Assembly (NCBI GenBank): GCA_015207585.1
Contig: JADEWQ010000086.1
Coordinates: forward strand, 1-27,111
Length of the DNA stretch: 27,111 bases
Reading direction: 5' to 3'
Source: Pleurocapsales cyanobacterium LEGE 06147
Lineage (GTDB): Bacteria > Cyanobacteriota > Cyanobacteriia > Cyanobacteriales > Xenococcaceae
Shown: piece by piece, positions 1-8,622 of the stretch
Layout: every line of letters begins with the position of its first letter
Position numbering within the stretch: the first letter of the stretch is position 1
Notes under the pieces: generated by a model
Seen by the model: the letters and a program-made list of their open reading frames with translations, nothing else
The model's database searches: none
What the model was told of the DNA's origin: nothing
Position numbers and translations under genes: made by a program

Positions 1-340
1 CCTCGGGAACCGGGGATAAAGCCTATTGTCCAGATGTAAGACCTAAGAGTAGAGGACGTAAGAAATCTACTGTTGGGCAGTCTGCTGAATAGGAAGCTCT
101 TACGCCTTTAGGCTAAGAGTAGTTCACTGAGTTTGGCTTTATGTTGGGCTATTAAAACAGGAGATTGGTTATCGTCTCATCGTCCTCTCAAGGTTAAGAA
201 ACATCGACGACAGCCGTCGAGCATTTTTCGTTATGGCTTTGATTATCTTCGTTCTATTGTTACTGATTTGGATTTAAAATCTGAGGAGTTTCTCCATTCT
301 TGACAATTTTTTCCTGTACTTAGAATATTTTTATAAAAAA

Positions 341-433
341 ATGGCGTTAAAAATTTTAATTGCACCATCCGGTTTTAAAGAAAGTCTAGATGCAGACCAA
401 GTAGCCAACTGTATTTCCGAACTTCCCCAGTAA
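341..433 (+). pseudogene. Glycerate kinase N-terminal fragment (~30 codons, MALKILIAPSGFKESLDADQVANCI...), then a stop
   Basis: The translation matches the conserved glycerate kinase (GarK/GlxK) N-terminus 'MKIxIAPDSFKESL'. The ORF ends after 30 aa and I found no continuation in any frame. Confidence 0.35.
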
Positions 434-599
434 AGCTTTGTTGGGTTTCACTATCGTTCTACCCAATCTACCAAGTGCGATCGCGCCTAGACTATGTAGC
501 AGTTATCTTCTTGACTTCAAGGGATAGTGACTTGATATTTAGGATTAGGATTTATCGTAATACTTTGGTTTTTTTTATCCCACCCTACCTATCCAATTT

Positions 600-625
600 A
601 TTCTGACTGCTGAATTCTGACTGCT
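600..625 (+). promoter_or_regulatory. Tandem direct 12-mer ATTCTGACTGCT x2 (14-bp period) ~70 nt upstream of the copper chaperone start
   Basis: Exact 12-nt direct repeat at 600-611 and 614-625, seen in sequence. It could be a regulator (e.g. response-regulator) binding site. Function is inferred. Confidence 0.3.
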
Positions 626-668
626 TCCAGATAAATTAAATACGTAATTCTTGTTTCTCTTCCTTGAC

Positions 669-686
669 TCTCCAGTCTACTGGAGA
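669..686 (+). promoter_or_regulatory. Perfect 8-2-8 palindrome TCTCCAGT-ct-ACTGGAGA overlapping the RBS (GGAG) of the chaperone gene
   Basis: Perfect dyad seen in sequence. Its 3' arm contains the GGAG 9 nt upstream of ATG 694. It is an operator or RBS-sequestering hairpin candidate. Confidence 0.35.
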
Positions 687-693
687 TTTCAAA

Positions 694-927
694 ATGAAAA
701 CAGATCGTCACAGGAGAGTTTATATTTTGACATTACAGTTAAAAGTACCAAATATGGCTTGCTCGGCTTGTGAAGAAAACATTACCAAAGCAGTCAAGCT
801 AGTCGATCCAGCCGCAACTGTTTGGGCTGATTCTAAAACCAAGCTTGTCAATATTGAAACCGCAGCATCGCAAGCTGCCATTACAGAAGCAATTACCAAC
901 GCAGGTTACACCGTCGCCGAACATTAG
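694..927 (+). CDS. Heavy-metal-associated (HMA) domain copper chaperone, CopZ-like
   Basis: MxCxxC metal-binding motif (NMACSACEEN) and the ferredoxin-like HMA pattern ending AGYTV. The ORF-track start at 664 is a TTG; ATG 694 with GGAG upstream is the more likely start. It lies immediately upstream of a Cu-ATPase. Confidence 0.8.
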   Translation: MKTDRHRRVYILTLQLKVPNMACSACEENITKAVKLVDPAATVWADSKTKLVNIETAASQAAITEAITNAGYTVAEH

Positions 928-971
928 ATTTTTCCTGGAACCATTTCAGATAGAAAGTTAGGAGGTATGGA

Positions 972-3245
972 ATGGAAAACGCGAATTTCAAACTGCGGGG
1001 TATGAGTTGTGCCTCCTGTGCCAAAAATATTGAAGAGGCAATTCACTCGGTTCAGGGGGTAGATGAATGCAGCGTCAACTTTGGGGCAGAACAAGCGACT
1101 GTTACTTATAACCCTAAAAGAACGAACTTGAAAGCCATCCAAGATGCTGTTGATGCAGCGGGATATGCAGCCTTTCCCCTGCAAGAACAGGAGATGATAA
1201 CGGGAGAAACGGATACCGAGCAAGCCGCTCGTCTAGCCGAATTAGGGAAACTCAGGCGAAGGTTAATTTTCGGTGGAGTGATGACAACGATTCTGGTGAT
1301 TGGGGGATTGCCCATGATGACGGGACTACATATACCCTGGATTCCAGATTGGTTGCATCATCCCTGGCTTCAGCTTATCCTGACGACTCCGATCCAGTTT
1401 TGGAGTGGCGAATCTTTTTACCAAGGAGCTTGGAAAGCCTTCAAACGCCACACGGCAACTATGGATACCCTTGTTGCCTTGGGAACGAGTGCAGCTTTCT
1501 TTTATTCGCTTTTTCCTACCTTCTTCCCAGGATTTTTTAGCGAGCAGGGACTGTCTCCAGACGTATATTATGAAATATCTGCAGTAGTCATCACCTTGAT
1601 TCTGTTAGGGCGGCTGCTAGAAAATCGCGCCAAAGGACAAACCTCAGAAGCCATTCGCAAACTGATCGGGTTGCAAGCTAAAACCGCTCGCGCCATCCGC
1701 AATGGCAGAGAAGTCGATATCCCGATCGCCGAAGTAGTGTTGGGAGATATAATTATCGTGCGTCCGGGGGAAAAGATTCCAGTCGATGGCGAGATCGTTG
1801 ATGGTTCCTCGACGATAGATGAATCAATGGTTACGGGGGAAAGCATTCCCGTACAAAAACATCCCGGTGATGAAGTAATTGGAGCCACGATTAACAAAAC
1901 TGGCAGTTTCAAATTCCGCGCTACGCGAGTGGGGAAAGATACATTCCTAGCCCAAATTGTAAAACTGGTACAGCAAGCTCAAGGTTCCAAGGCACCAATT
2001 CAAAAACTGGCAGATCGAGTGACGGGATGGTTTGTCCCTGCGGTGATTGCCATTGCGATCGCCACTTTCATTATCTGGTACAACGTCATGGGCAATGTCA
2101 CGATGGCATTGATTACCACGGTAGGCGTTCTGATCATTGCCTGTCCCTGTGCCTTAGGATTGGCAACACCAACTTCGATTATGGTTGGTACAGGGAAAGG
2201 TGCAGAAAACGGCATCTTGATTAAAGGTGCAGAAAGTTTGGAATTGGCTCATAAACTACAAGCGATCGTGCTTGATAAAACAGGTACGATTACCCAAGGC
2301 GAACCCACAGTAACTGACTTTGTAACTGTTAGAGGTACGACAAATGAGAATGAATTCAAACTTCTACAATTAGCTGCATCTATCGAACGCAATTCCGAAC
2401 ATCCCTTAGCGGAAGCCGTGGTGCAATATGCCCGATCGCAAGGGGTAGAATTGACAGATGCCAAAGACTTTGAGGCGATCGCGGGAAGTGGGGTTCGCGG
2501 CTATGTATCGGATCGATTGGTGCAACTGGGAACCCATCGCTGGCTGAATGATTTGGGGATCGATACCAGTATCTTGGAAGAACAGTGGGAAAGATTGGAA
2601 AAGCTCGGTAAAACAGTTATTTGGATTGCAGTAGATGGCAAAATCCGAGGTATTATGGGAATTGCCGATGCGGTCAAACCTTCTTCTGCTAATGTCATTC
2701 GAGTTTTACACCGCATGGGCTTAGAAGTGGTAATGCTAACCGGAGACAATCGTCGCACGGCTGAAGTCATTGCCCGTGAAGTGGGAATCGAGCGAGTTTT
2801 TGCCGAAGTTCGCCCGGATCGCAAAGCAGCGACTGTCGAGCAACTGCAGAGTGAAGGCAAGGTTGTGGCAATGGTAGGAGATGGCATTAATGATGCACCC
2901 GCCCTCGCTCAAGCAGATGTAGGAATGGCGATCGGCACGGGAACGGATGTAGCGATCGCTGCCAGTGATATCACCCTTATCTCAGGCGATTTGCAAGGGA
3001 TCGTCACCGCGATTCAACTGAGCCGCGCCACGATGCGCAACATCAAGCAAAACCTGTTCTTTGCCTTTATTTATAATGTGGCAGGTATTCCCATCGCGGC
3101 TGGCATTCTCTTTCCCTTCTTCGGTTGGCTCCTCAATCCCATTATTGCTGGTGCAGCCATGGCTTTTAGTTCCGTCTCAGTGGTGACGAACGCACTGCGG
3201 TTGCGTAATTTTCAGCCAAAAAGCTCGGGTAAATCAATTGTTTAG
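972..3245 (+). CDS. copA: Copper-translocating P1B-type ATPase (CopA/CtaA/PacS family)
   Basis: N-terminal HMA motif GMSCASC, TM CPC motif ([12 protein letters not shown]), DKTGT phosphorylation site, and the GDGINDAP hinge. AGGAGG RBS at 960-965. Confidence 0.92.
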   Translation: MENANFKLRGMSCASCAKNIEEAIHSVQGVDECSVNFGAEQATVTYNPKRTNLKAIQDAVDAAGYAAFPLQEQEMITGETDTEQAARLAELGKLRRRLIFGGVMTTILVIGGLPMMTGLHIPWIPDWLHHPWLQLILTTPIQFWSGESFYQGAWKAFKRHTATMDTLVALGTSAAFFYSLFPTFFPGFFSEQGLSPDVYYEISAVVITLILLGRLLENRAKGQTSEAIRKLIGLQAKTARAIRNGREVDIPIAEVVLGDIIIVRPGEKIPVDGEIVDGSSTIDESMVTGESIPVQKHPGDEVIGATINKTGSFKFRATRVGKDTFLAQIVKLVQQAQGSKAPIQKLADRVTGWFVPAVIAIAIATFIIWYNVMGNVTMALITTVGVLIIACPCALGLATPTSIMVGTGKGAENGILIKGAESLELAHKLQAIVLDKTGTITQGEPTVTDFVTVRGTTNENEFKLLQLAASIERNSEHPLAEAVVQYARSQGVELTDAKDFEAIAGSGVRGYVSDRLVQLGTHRWLNDLGIDTSILEEQWERLEKLGKTVIWIAVDGKIRGIMGIADAVKPSSANVIRVLHRMGLEVVMLTGDNRRTAEVIAREVGIERVFAEVRPDRKAATVEQLQSEGKVVAMVGDGINDAPALAQADVGMAIGTGTDVAIAASDITLISGDLQGIVTAIQLSRATMRNIKQNLFFAFIYNVAGIPIAAGILFPFFGWLLNPIIAGAAMAFSSVSVVTNALRLRNFQPKSSGKSIV

Positions 3246-3257
3246 AGGATATAGACA

Positions 3258-3341
3258 ATGGTCGAAAAAGTAATATTTTTCGCTACATTGATAGGATTTG
3301 GATTTTTGCTAGGGGTAATTTCAGGAGCGTTGAGCTTGTGA
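3258..3341 (+). CDS. Possible 27-aa single-TM peptide (MVEKVIFFATLIGFGFLLGVISGALSL)
   Basis: GAGGA RBS 9 nt upstream. The peptide is hydrophobic and fits exactly between the copA stop and the cupredoxin RBS. There is no homology evidence. Confidence 0.3.
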   Translation: MVEKVIFFATLIGFGFLLGVISGALSL

Positions 3342-3350
3342 GGTATTTAA

Positions 3351-3875
3351 ATGGTAAATAAAACAGCGATCCTAGGAAGGATAGCGAGTTTAGGGCTTGT
3401 GTTGGGACTAGTTTCTACGGAAGCAGTCGCACAAATGTCTCATGAGATGAACTCAGAACCAACAGGACAGTTTCGTCGTATCGAACAACCATTAGAAAAT
3501 AGAGTTATCGTTACCCTTGGAGGACTGGGGTTGATTAGCTTAGAACTCTGGTGGTTTTTGTTTAGCAAACCCAAATCTCGTCAAGCCACTGCTAAGGGAG
3601 AAATTCAAGAAGTGACCGTTACAGTGGATGGCGGTTACGATCCAAGTCAGATCTTGGTTCGAGTCGGTCAACCCGTACGGCTAAACTTTTATCGCAAAGA
3701 TGCCAATAGTTGCCTTGAAGAAGTTCGATTGCCCGACTTCCACATTACCCGAGAACTACCCCTCAATCGAGTTACGCCTATCGAATTCACTCCCGAAAAA
3801 CCGGGTAACTATACCTTTACCTGCGGCATGAACATGTTTCGCGGTGAAATTCAAGCCGAAACTACACGGAAATAA
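3351..3875 (+). CDS. Cupredoxin-like domain protein (signal/TM anchor plus a plastocyanin-like fold with the C-terminal Cys...Met copper-ligand region TCGMNMFRGE)
   Basis: N-terminal hydrophobic segment. The C-terminal 'YTFTCGMNMF' is typical of the Cupredoxin_1 family commonly encoded next to Cu-ATPases. GTGAGG RBS. Confidence 0.75.
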   Translation: MVNKTAILGRIASLGLVLGLVSTEAVAQMSHEMNSEPTGQFRRIEQPLENRVIVTLGGLGLISLELWWFLFSKPKSRQATAKGEIQEVTVTVDGGYDPSQILVRVGQPVRLNFYRKDANSCLEEVRLPDFHITRELPLNRVTPIEFTPEKPGNYTFTCGMNMFRGEIQAETTRK

Positions 3876-3904
3876 CCAAATGTGAGTTCGACCAAGAAAT
3901 GAAT

Positions 3905-3995
3905 TTGACGAGCGCGGGGAGGAGGCTTTTAATAATTTTATTGTTTGTACTTGTATTCGATCTGTTTGGCTTTTAAGCCCCCTTCCACCCCCGCG
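3905..3995 (+). terminator. Imperfect GC-rich inverted repeat (GAGCGCGGGGAGGAGGCTTTTAA ... TTTTAAGCCCCCTTCCACCCCCGCGCC) downstream of the cupredoxin gene
   Basis: Inverted repeat with a long loop, seen in sequence. No clear poly-U tract, so terminator function is uncertain. Confidence 0.3.
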
Positions 3996-4104
3996 CCGCC
4001 GTCAGGCGCAAACGTCCGATCTAAACGCCTGGGGAGACACAGACTTGGGAACGCGCGAGTTGGCTTAAAACTTAAGTCCGCCTTATAGGACTTTCACTAT
4101 GAGA

Positions 4105-4122
4105 CAGAGAATTTATTCTCTG
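4105..4122 (+). promoter_or_regulatory. Perfect 8-2-8 palindrome CAGAGAAT-tt-ATTCTCTG ~130 nt upstream of the MerR gene
   Basis: Perfect dyad seen in sequence. It has the same 8-2-8 geometry as the palindrome at 669-686 but a different sequence. Confidence 0.3.
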
Positions 4123-4253
4123 GCTATCTGGCATCACAGGGAGTTATTTTTATTATTTCTGTATAAGCATTAATAAATTTAACTGCAAATTGTTTGATTC
4201 TATCTTAAATAATCTTGCTATTATTAATCCTGGTAAAAAATTTGATATAAATT

Positions 4254-4667
4254 ATGTTAGTCCAAGAACCACTTAAACAAATTGGTTTAGTTGCTAAAGA
4301 AAGCGGCATTCCTATCAAAACTATTCGCTACTACGAAGAACTGGGTTTACTCAAAGCGTCCAGTCGAACTGAAGGTGGATTTCGCTTATTTGACTCGGAT
4401 GTATTTACTCGCCTAAACTTTATCAAACGCGCCCGGAGTCTGGGGTTAAGTTTGGCAGAAATCAAAGAATTTTTGAATATTAGCGATCGCGGAGAATTAC
4501 CCTGCGATCGCGTTAAAGTGAAACTGAGTGAAAAGATTGTAGAAATCGAGCAGCAAATTAAAAGACTTCAAATTTTAAAGCTAGAGTTAGAAGGTTTGCT
4601 TGAGGGTGAACAGCAAATCCTCCAAACGTTAGAAGAAACGATCTGTCCAATTATCGAACAAACTTGA
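4254..4667 (+). CDS. MerR-family transcriptional regulator
   Basis: N-terminal MerR HTH (IGLVAKESGIPIKTIRYYEELGLL) and a long C-terminal coiled-coil dimerisation helix. There is a Cys before the helix and a Cys near the C-terminus. Confidence 0.85.
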   Translation: MLVQEPLKQIGLVAKESGIPIKTIRYYEELGLLKASSRTEGGFRLFDSDVFTRLNFIKRARSLGLSLAEIKEFLNISDRGELPCDRVKVKLSEKIVEIEQQIKRLQILKLELEGLLEGEQQILQTLEETICPIIEQT

Positions 4668-4697
4668 CCAATTTATTCCAAAGGCGATCGCCAAATA

Positions 4698-4748
4698 AAT
4701 AGCAATAGTCGACCAACAATCAAAGCATTGCTATTGAGGATTTTTTTA
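4698..4748 (+). terminator. Rho-independent terminator candidate after the MerR gene (AATAGCAAT stem, 20-nt loop, ATTGCTATT, then a T8 run)
   Basis: 9-bp perfect stem followed by GAGGATTTTTTTT, seen in sequence. Confidence 0.5.
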
Positions 4749-5290
4749 AAGTTTCCAGTTGAAAAAAAAGAGCGATCGCATCAGGGAAAGCAAATAGTAT
4801 TAATGAGTTTGTTGCTTTAGCTTTAAAACACGAACTATCAAAAATAAAATCAAGCAGCTTTAGCTTATTGGCAAAGTTTAGACCCAAAAAACACAAGGTT
4901 GATTACTACATCTTATATATTTGATGAGATAGTTACATTTTTTAACAATCGTTACCCCTACTCGTTAGTTTATTTATAGTTATCTTATTCTTACTAACTT
5001 TTGTATCGCTCTTTAGTTAGAAAAAAATTCAATTTAGCTCCGCGTTTTGATAGCAATAAATATTTCTAAACAATTTTTTTTATCTAGACTCTAGTTAAAA
5101 TTGGTTTTTTCTTACTTTCTATATATGCAAGAGTAAAAATTTCTAATTAATGTTTTTGGTAAGCATTAATGCTTTTGTCATTGAGGAAGACGAGACTATT
5201 TACCGATGAAAATGTACTCGTAATTAGCGCAATGGGATCTGCACTCCTTAAAAGCGATCGCGCTATTTATTTGCCATTTATTTAAAGACA

Positions 5291-5331
5291 ACCTGTAGGT
5301 ATAGCTATGAGTCAACGGCAAAACAAGAGAA
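5291..5331 (+). repeat. Copy 1 of a ~40-bp direct repeat (ACCTGTAGGTATAGCTATGAGTCAACGGCAAAACAAGAGAA) spanning the hydrolase start codon. Its partner is at 11852-11892
   Basis: Alignment by eye to 11852-11892 gives 3 mismatches in 40 nt. Weaker similarity (CTATTTATTT ... GCCATT) extends ~30 nt further upstream. Confidence 0.8.
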
Positions 5332-7367
5332 CGAGTAAACATCTCTTTCTGAAGCAATGGAGTAAGCGCTTCATAGCCGCACTGATGGGATTTATTTTAT
5401 TGGTTTCTTTATCTACTCTACCCAGTGCTGCTCGCGATGTACCTCAGTTTCCGATTTTAGATAATCGTTTTCTAGAAGTTCCCCCATCAGAAACTCCCGC
5501 AACCCCATCGCCAACAGCACCAGGACTTAACGATCCGCAGGAGTTTGCCAATTTTGCCGATAATTTTTTCACAAAGCAGCTAGCTAATTCCAATATTCCA
5601 GGTGCAGCGATCTCGGTAGTTAAAGATGGGAAAATTTTTTTCGCTAAAGGTTATGGTTATGCCAACCTAGAAAAGAAAATTCCCGTAGATGCCAATCGCA
5701 CTCTGTTTCGGGTTGCCTCTCTGTCTAAGCTGTTTACCGCTACAGCAACTATGCAGCTTTACGAAAAGGGATTAATTAACCTCGATGACGATGTCAGTCA
5801 GTACCTAGAATTTCAACTGGAAAATCCCTACCCAGAACCCGTAACTTTTGCCCGTCTGATGATGCATACGGACGGCACGACACAACGTTTAATTGGATTG
5901 GCTGCACCGACTGAGACAAAAATGAAACCTCTCGGCGAATATCTGCCCGAACATATGCCGCCGATAGTCTATCCTCCAGGAACACTCTACAGCTATTCCA
6001 ATCACAGTATTGCTCTATTGGGTTATTTAGTAGAAAAAATCTCCGGCCTTCCCTTCATCGAATATATCGACGAAAATATTCTACAACCTCTTTCGATGGA
6101 GCGCAGCACTTTTCTGCAACCGCCACCACCGGAACTAGCAGACGATCTGGCAGTAGGCTATCAGGTACGAGGAGGAAAACTCCGGCCCGTTCCTTATCTT
6201 TATCTCAATATAGCTCCAGCAGCAGCATTGAGTGCCACAGCAACCGATATGGCGCACTTTGCGATTGCCCATCTGCAACTAGGTAGTTACCGAAATAGGC
6301 AGATTTTACAGCCAGAGACGGCACGTCTGATGCATCAAACTCACTTTACCGTTCATCCCCTCTTGCCGGGTACTGGCTACGGTTTTCGAGAGCGTCTGGT
6401 TAATAACATTCGCGCGATTGGGCATTTAGGCAGCTTGCGGGGGTACTCTAGTGTCCTAACTCTGATTCCCGAACACAATATTGGTATTTTTATCGCCACC
6501 AATAGTTTTAACGGCTTACACGATCGCTTTTTTGCTCGGTTTTTCGATCGCTACTTTCCCAAGCAAGAAGAATATAAACCGCCTCAATCTTTTCCTGTCA
6601 CTCGAGAACGGTTGGCTCGCTTTTCTGGCACCTACAGAGATTTAGAATATCCGCGATCGACCATTGCCAAATTAAGCGGTCCTTTCAAACATATTCGGAT
6701 TACTAACGAGCCAGACGGAACGCTGCTAGTTCGTACTCCGAGTCTTTTTTTCTTGGGAAAAGTAGAAAATAGACGGTTAGTACCGACAGAAGAACCATTT
6801 TTATTTCGACGGGTGGAAGACGAGTCTTTCGCTTTCTTTCGCCTAGATGAAGAGGGGAAAGTTGCTTATGCCTTTAACCCCATGTATCCGAAAATCGGTG
6901 CTTACGAGCGAGTGCCCTGGTACGAAAAGATCGGGTTTCATCTCGGAATATTAGCGTTTTGCGTCGTCTTTTTCCTTGCTGCCTTTATCGTTTGGCTAGT
7001 TCTGCCATTAATTCGTCGCTTTCGAGGTAAGACATTTTGGCAGCAGTCCCAGTTATCTCAAGTTCGTTTCTTGGCGGGTTCGGTAGGAACATTAAATCTC
7101 GTTTTTTTGGTAGGTTTACCCCTATATCTTTGGTTTTTCGGCGTGTGGAAACTCATTTATGGCGTTCCCTCCCTCGCAGTTGTCTTCTTTTGCCTTCCCC
7201 TACTCACCACGATTTTGACTGTAGGATTGCTTATTTTTACAGTTCTGGTTTGGCAAAAACAATATTGGTCGGTCAGCGAGCGATCGCACTATACTTTATT
7301 CACTCTGGCAGCCTTAGCTTTTATTCCCTTTTTAATTTATTGGAATCTATTGGGGTTTCAGTTTTAG
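5307..7367 (+). CDS. Beta-lactamase-fold serine hydrolase (PBP/esterase family) with a C-terminal ~4-helix transmembrane domain
   Basis: S-x-x-K active-site motif (ASLSKLF), a YSN motif (YSYSNHS), and an N-terminal signal/TM segment. The C-terminal 150 aa are strongly hydrophobic. Confidence 0.8.
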   Translation: MSQRQNKRTSKHLFLKQWSKRFIAALMGFILLVSLSTLPSAARDVPQFPILDNRFLEVPPSETPATPSPTAPGLNDPQEFANFADNFFTKQLANSNIPGAAISVVKDGKIFFAKGYGYANLEKKIPVDANRTLFRVASLSKLFTATATMQLYEKGLINLDDDVSQYLEFQLENPYPEPVTFARLMMHTDGTTQRLIGLAAPTETKMKPLGEYLPEHMPPIVYPPGTLYSYSNHSIALLGYLVEKISGLPFIEYIDENILQPLSMERSTFLQPPPPELADDLAVGYQVRGGKLRPVPYLYLNIAPAAALSATATDMAHFAIAHLQLGSYRNRQILQPETARLMHQTHFTVHPLLPGTGYGFRERLVNNIRAIGHLGSLRGYSSVLTLIPEHNIGIFIATNSFNGLHDRFFARFFDRYFPKQEEYKPPQSFPVTRERLARFSGTYRDLEYPRSTIAKLSGPFKHIRITNEPDGTLLVRTPSLFFLGKVENRRLVPTEEPFLFRRVEDESFAFFRLDEEGKVAYAFNPMYPKIGAYERVPWYEKIGFHLGILAFCVVFFLAAFIVWLVLPLIRRFRGKTFWQQSQLSQVRFLAGSVGTLNLVFLVGLPLYLWFFGVWKLIYGVPSLAVVFFCLPLLTTILTVGLLIFTVLVWQKQYWSVSERSHYTLFTLAALAFIPFLIYWNLLGFQF

Positions 7368-7599
7368 TCGCAGATAATTTGTTTTGAGCTTTTCGAAAAA
7401 GCGATCGCCGCTCGACTATTTTTGAATGTACCCATCATTAGCTAGATGGAGGCAAACTCCTTCTCGCGATAGTTGTAGCAGTTGTAACGACTAATTAAAG
7501 TAAGTGAGTTAAACTAATCGCTCTAAGCTATTTGCTGTCTTGAAACCACTCGCATTTAACATTTAGAGCGATCGCTTATTTAAAGTCTGTATAAGGTTC

Positions 7600-8616
7600 A
7601 TGAATTTTCAGTCATCAATATCAGCAGCATGGGATAAGATTCAAAGTCTATTTGACGGTTTAATCGTCATGCTGCCAAACATCGTGTTGGCATTAATCGT
7701 TTTCTTGCTGTTTTTTTTCGTCGCTCGATGGCTTAAGTTGCTGGTCAAACGCCTTACGCGCAGACATCGACAAGCACGAAATCTGGGCATGGTGCTGGGA
7801 CGTTTGGCTCAGGGAACTATCATTCTCCTTGGTTTATTTGTCGCCCTATCGATCGTGTTACCGACTTTTAGAGCAGGAGATTTGGTGCAACTACTGGGGA
7901 TTAGTGGGGTAGCAATTGGTTTTGCCTTCCGCGACATCTTACAGAATTTCCTGGCTGGTATTTTGATTCTCTTAACCGAACCTTTCCAGATTGACGATCA
8001 GATCGTCTTCAAAGATTTTGAGGGAACGGTTGAAAATATCGAAACCCGCGCTACGACAATCAGAACCTATGATGGTCGGCGTGTTGTCATTCCCAACGCC
8101 GAGCTTTTCACTAATTCAGTAACTGTAAACACCGCTTTTGAGAATCGTCGCATGGAATATGATGTCGGAATTGGCTATGGCGACAACATCGACGAGGCAA
8201 AGCGGTTAATCCTCGAAGCGATTCAAAGTGTGGACATTGTATTAAAAGAACCGACTCCCGAAGCGCTAGTGGTAGAACTGGCTGAAAGTACTGTCAATAT
8301 CCGCGCGCGGTGGTGGCTTAAACCACCGCGACGAGCAGATGCTCTCGATACCCAGGATAGAGTTTTAACCGCAATTAAGAATAGATTAACTACCAACGGT
8401 ATCGATCTGCCTTTCCCAACGCAACAAATTTTGTTTCACGACCAAACTGAGGAAACCGATGGCGATCGCTCTCGTCAGCGTGAAGGATGGCCTGCTGGAA
8501 ATAAATCCGTACCGAAGCCTCGCGGTATCAGCGATTCCCTCAGGCAGCTAGTCCAAATGCGAGCATCTAAAGACAGTAACAGTGATAATGAAAAGCAGGC
8601 TCAACACGGTCAATGA
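7600..8616 (+). CDS. Mechanosensitive ion channel, MscS family
   Basis: Pore-lining TM3 signature (GVAIGFAFRDILQNFLAGILILLTEPFQIDDQI) and the beta-domain motif (RTYDGRRVVIPNAELF). Confidence 0.9.
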   Translation: MNFQSSISAAWDKIQSLFDGLIVMLPNIVLALIVFLLFFFVARWLKLLVKRLTRRHRQARNLGMVLGRLAQGTIILLGLFVALSIVLPTFRAGDLVQLLGISGVAIGFAFRDILQNFLAGILILLTEPFQIDDQIVFKDFEGTVENIETRATTIRTYDGRRVVIPNAELFTNSVTVNTAFENRRMEYDVGIGYGDNIDEAKRLILEAIQSVDIVLKEPTPEALVVELAESTVNIRARWWLKPPRRADALDTQDRVLTAIKNRLTTNGIDLPFPTQQILFHDQTEETDGDRSRQREGWPAGNKSVPKPRGISDSLRQLVQMRASKDSNSDNEKQAQHGQ

Positions 8617-8622
8617 TGAACG

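Noticed and set aside
664-693. TTG start at 664 for the chaperone gene (ORF-track call)
   Set aside because: The TTG lies inside the 8-2-8 palindrome and has no upstream RBS. ATG 694 has GGAG at -9, and the HMA fold begins right after it.
924-1315. Minus-strand ORFs (924-1223, 1106-1315) and other 60-130-aa ORFs nested inside copA (1349-1587, 1568-1912, 2000-2224, 2249-2887)
   Set aside because: They lie wholly within the well-supported copA frame. They are low-complexity and have no RBS or domain signal. These are typical antisense or alternate-frame artefacts.
7037-7387. ORF 7037-7387 (+), and ORFs 8888-9117, 10196-10772, 12024-12422, 13473-13760, 20636-20989, 21186-21444, 21776-22413, 23284-23475, 23951-24196, 24380-24580 and 26131-26379
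   Set aside because: All are embedded in, or antisense to, confidently assigned genes, and all lack independent support.
7390-7401. 12-bp perfect palindrome CTTTTCGAAAAG after the hydrolase gene
   Set aside because: The stem is short, and an adjacent HIP1 site could explain the local symmetry. It is not convincing as a terminator or operator on its own.
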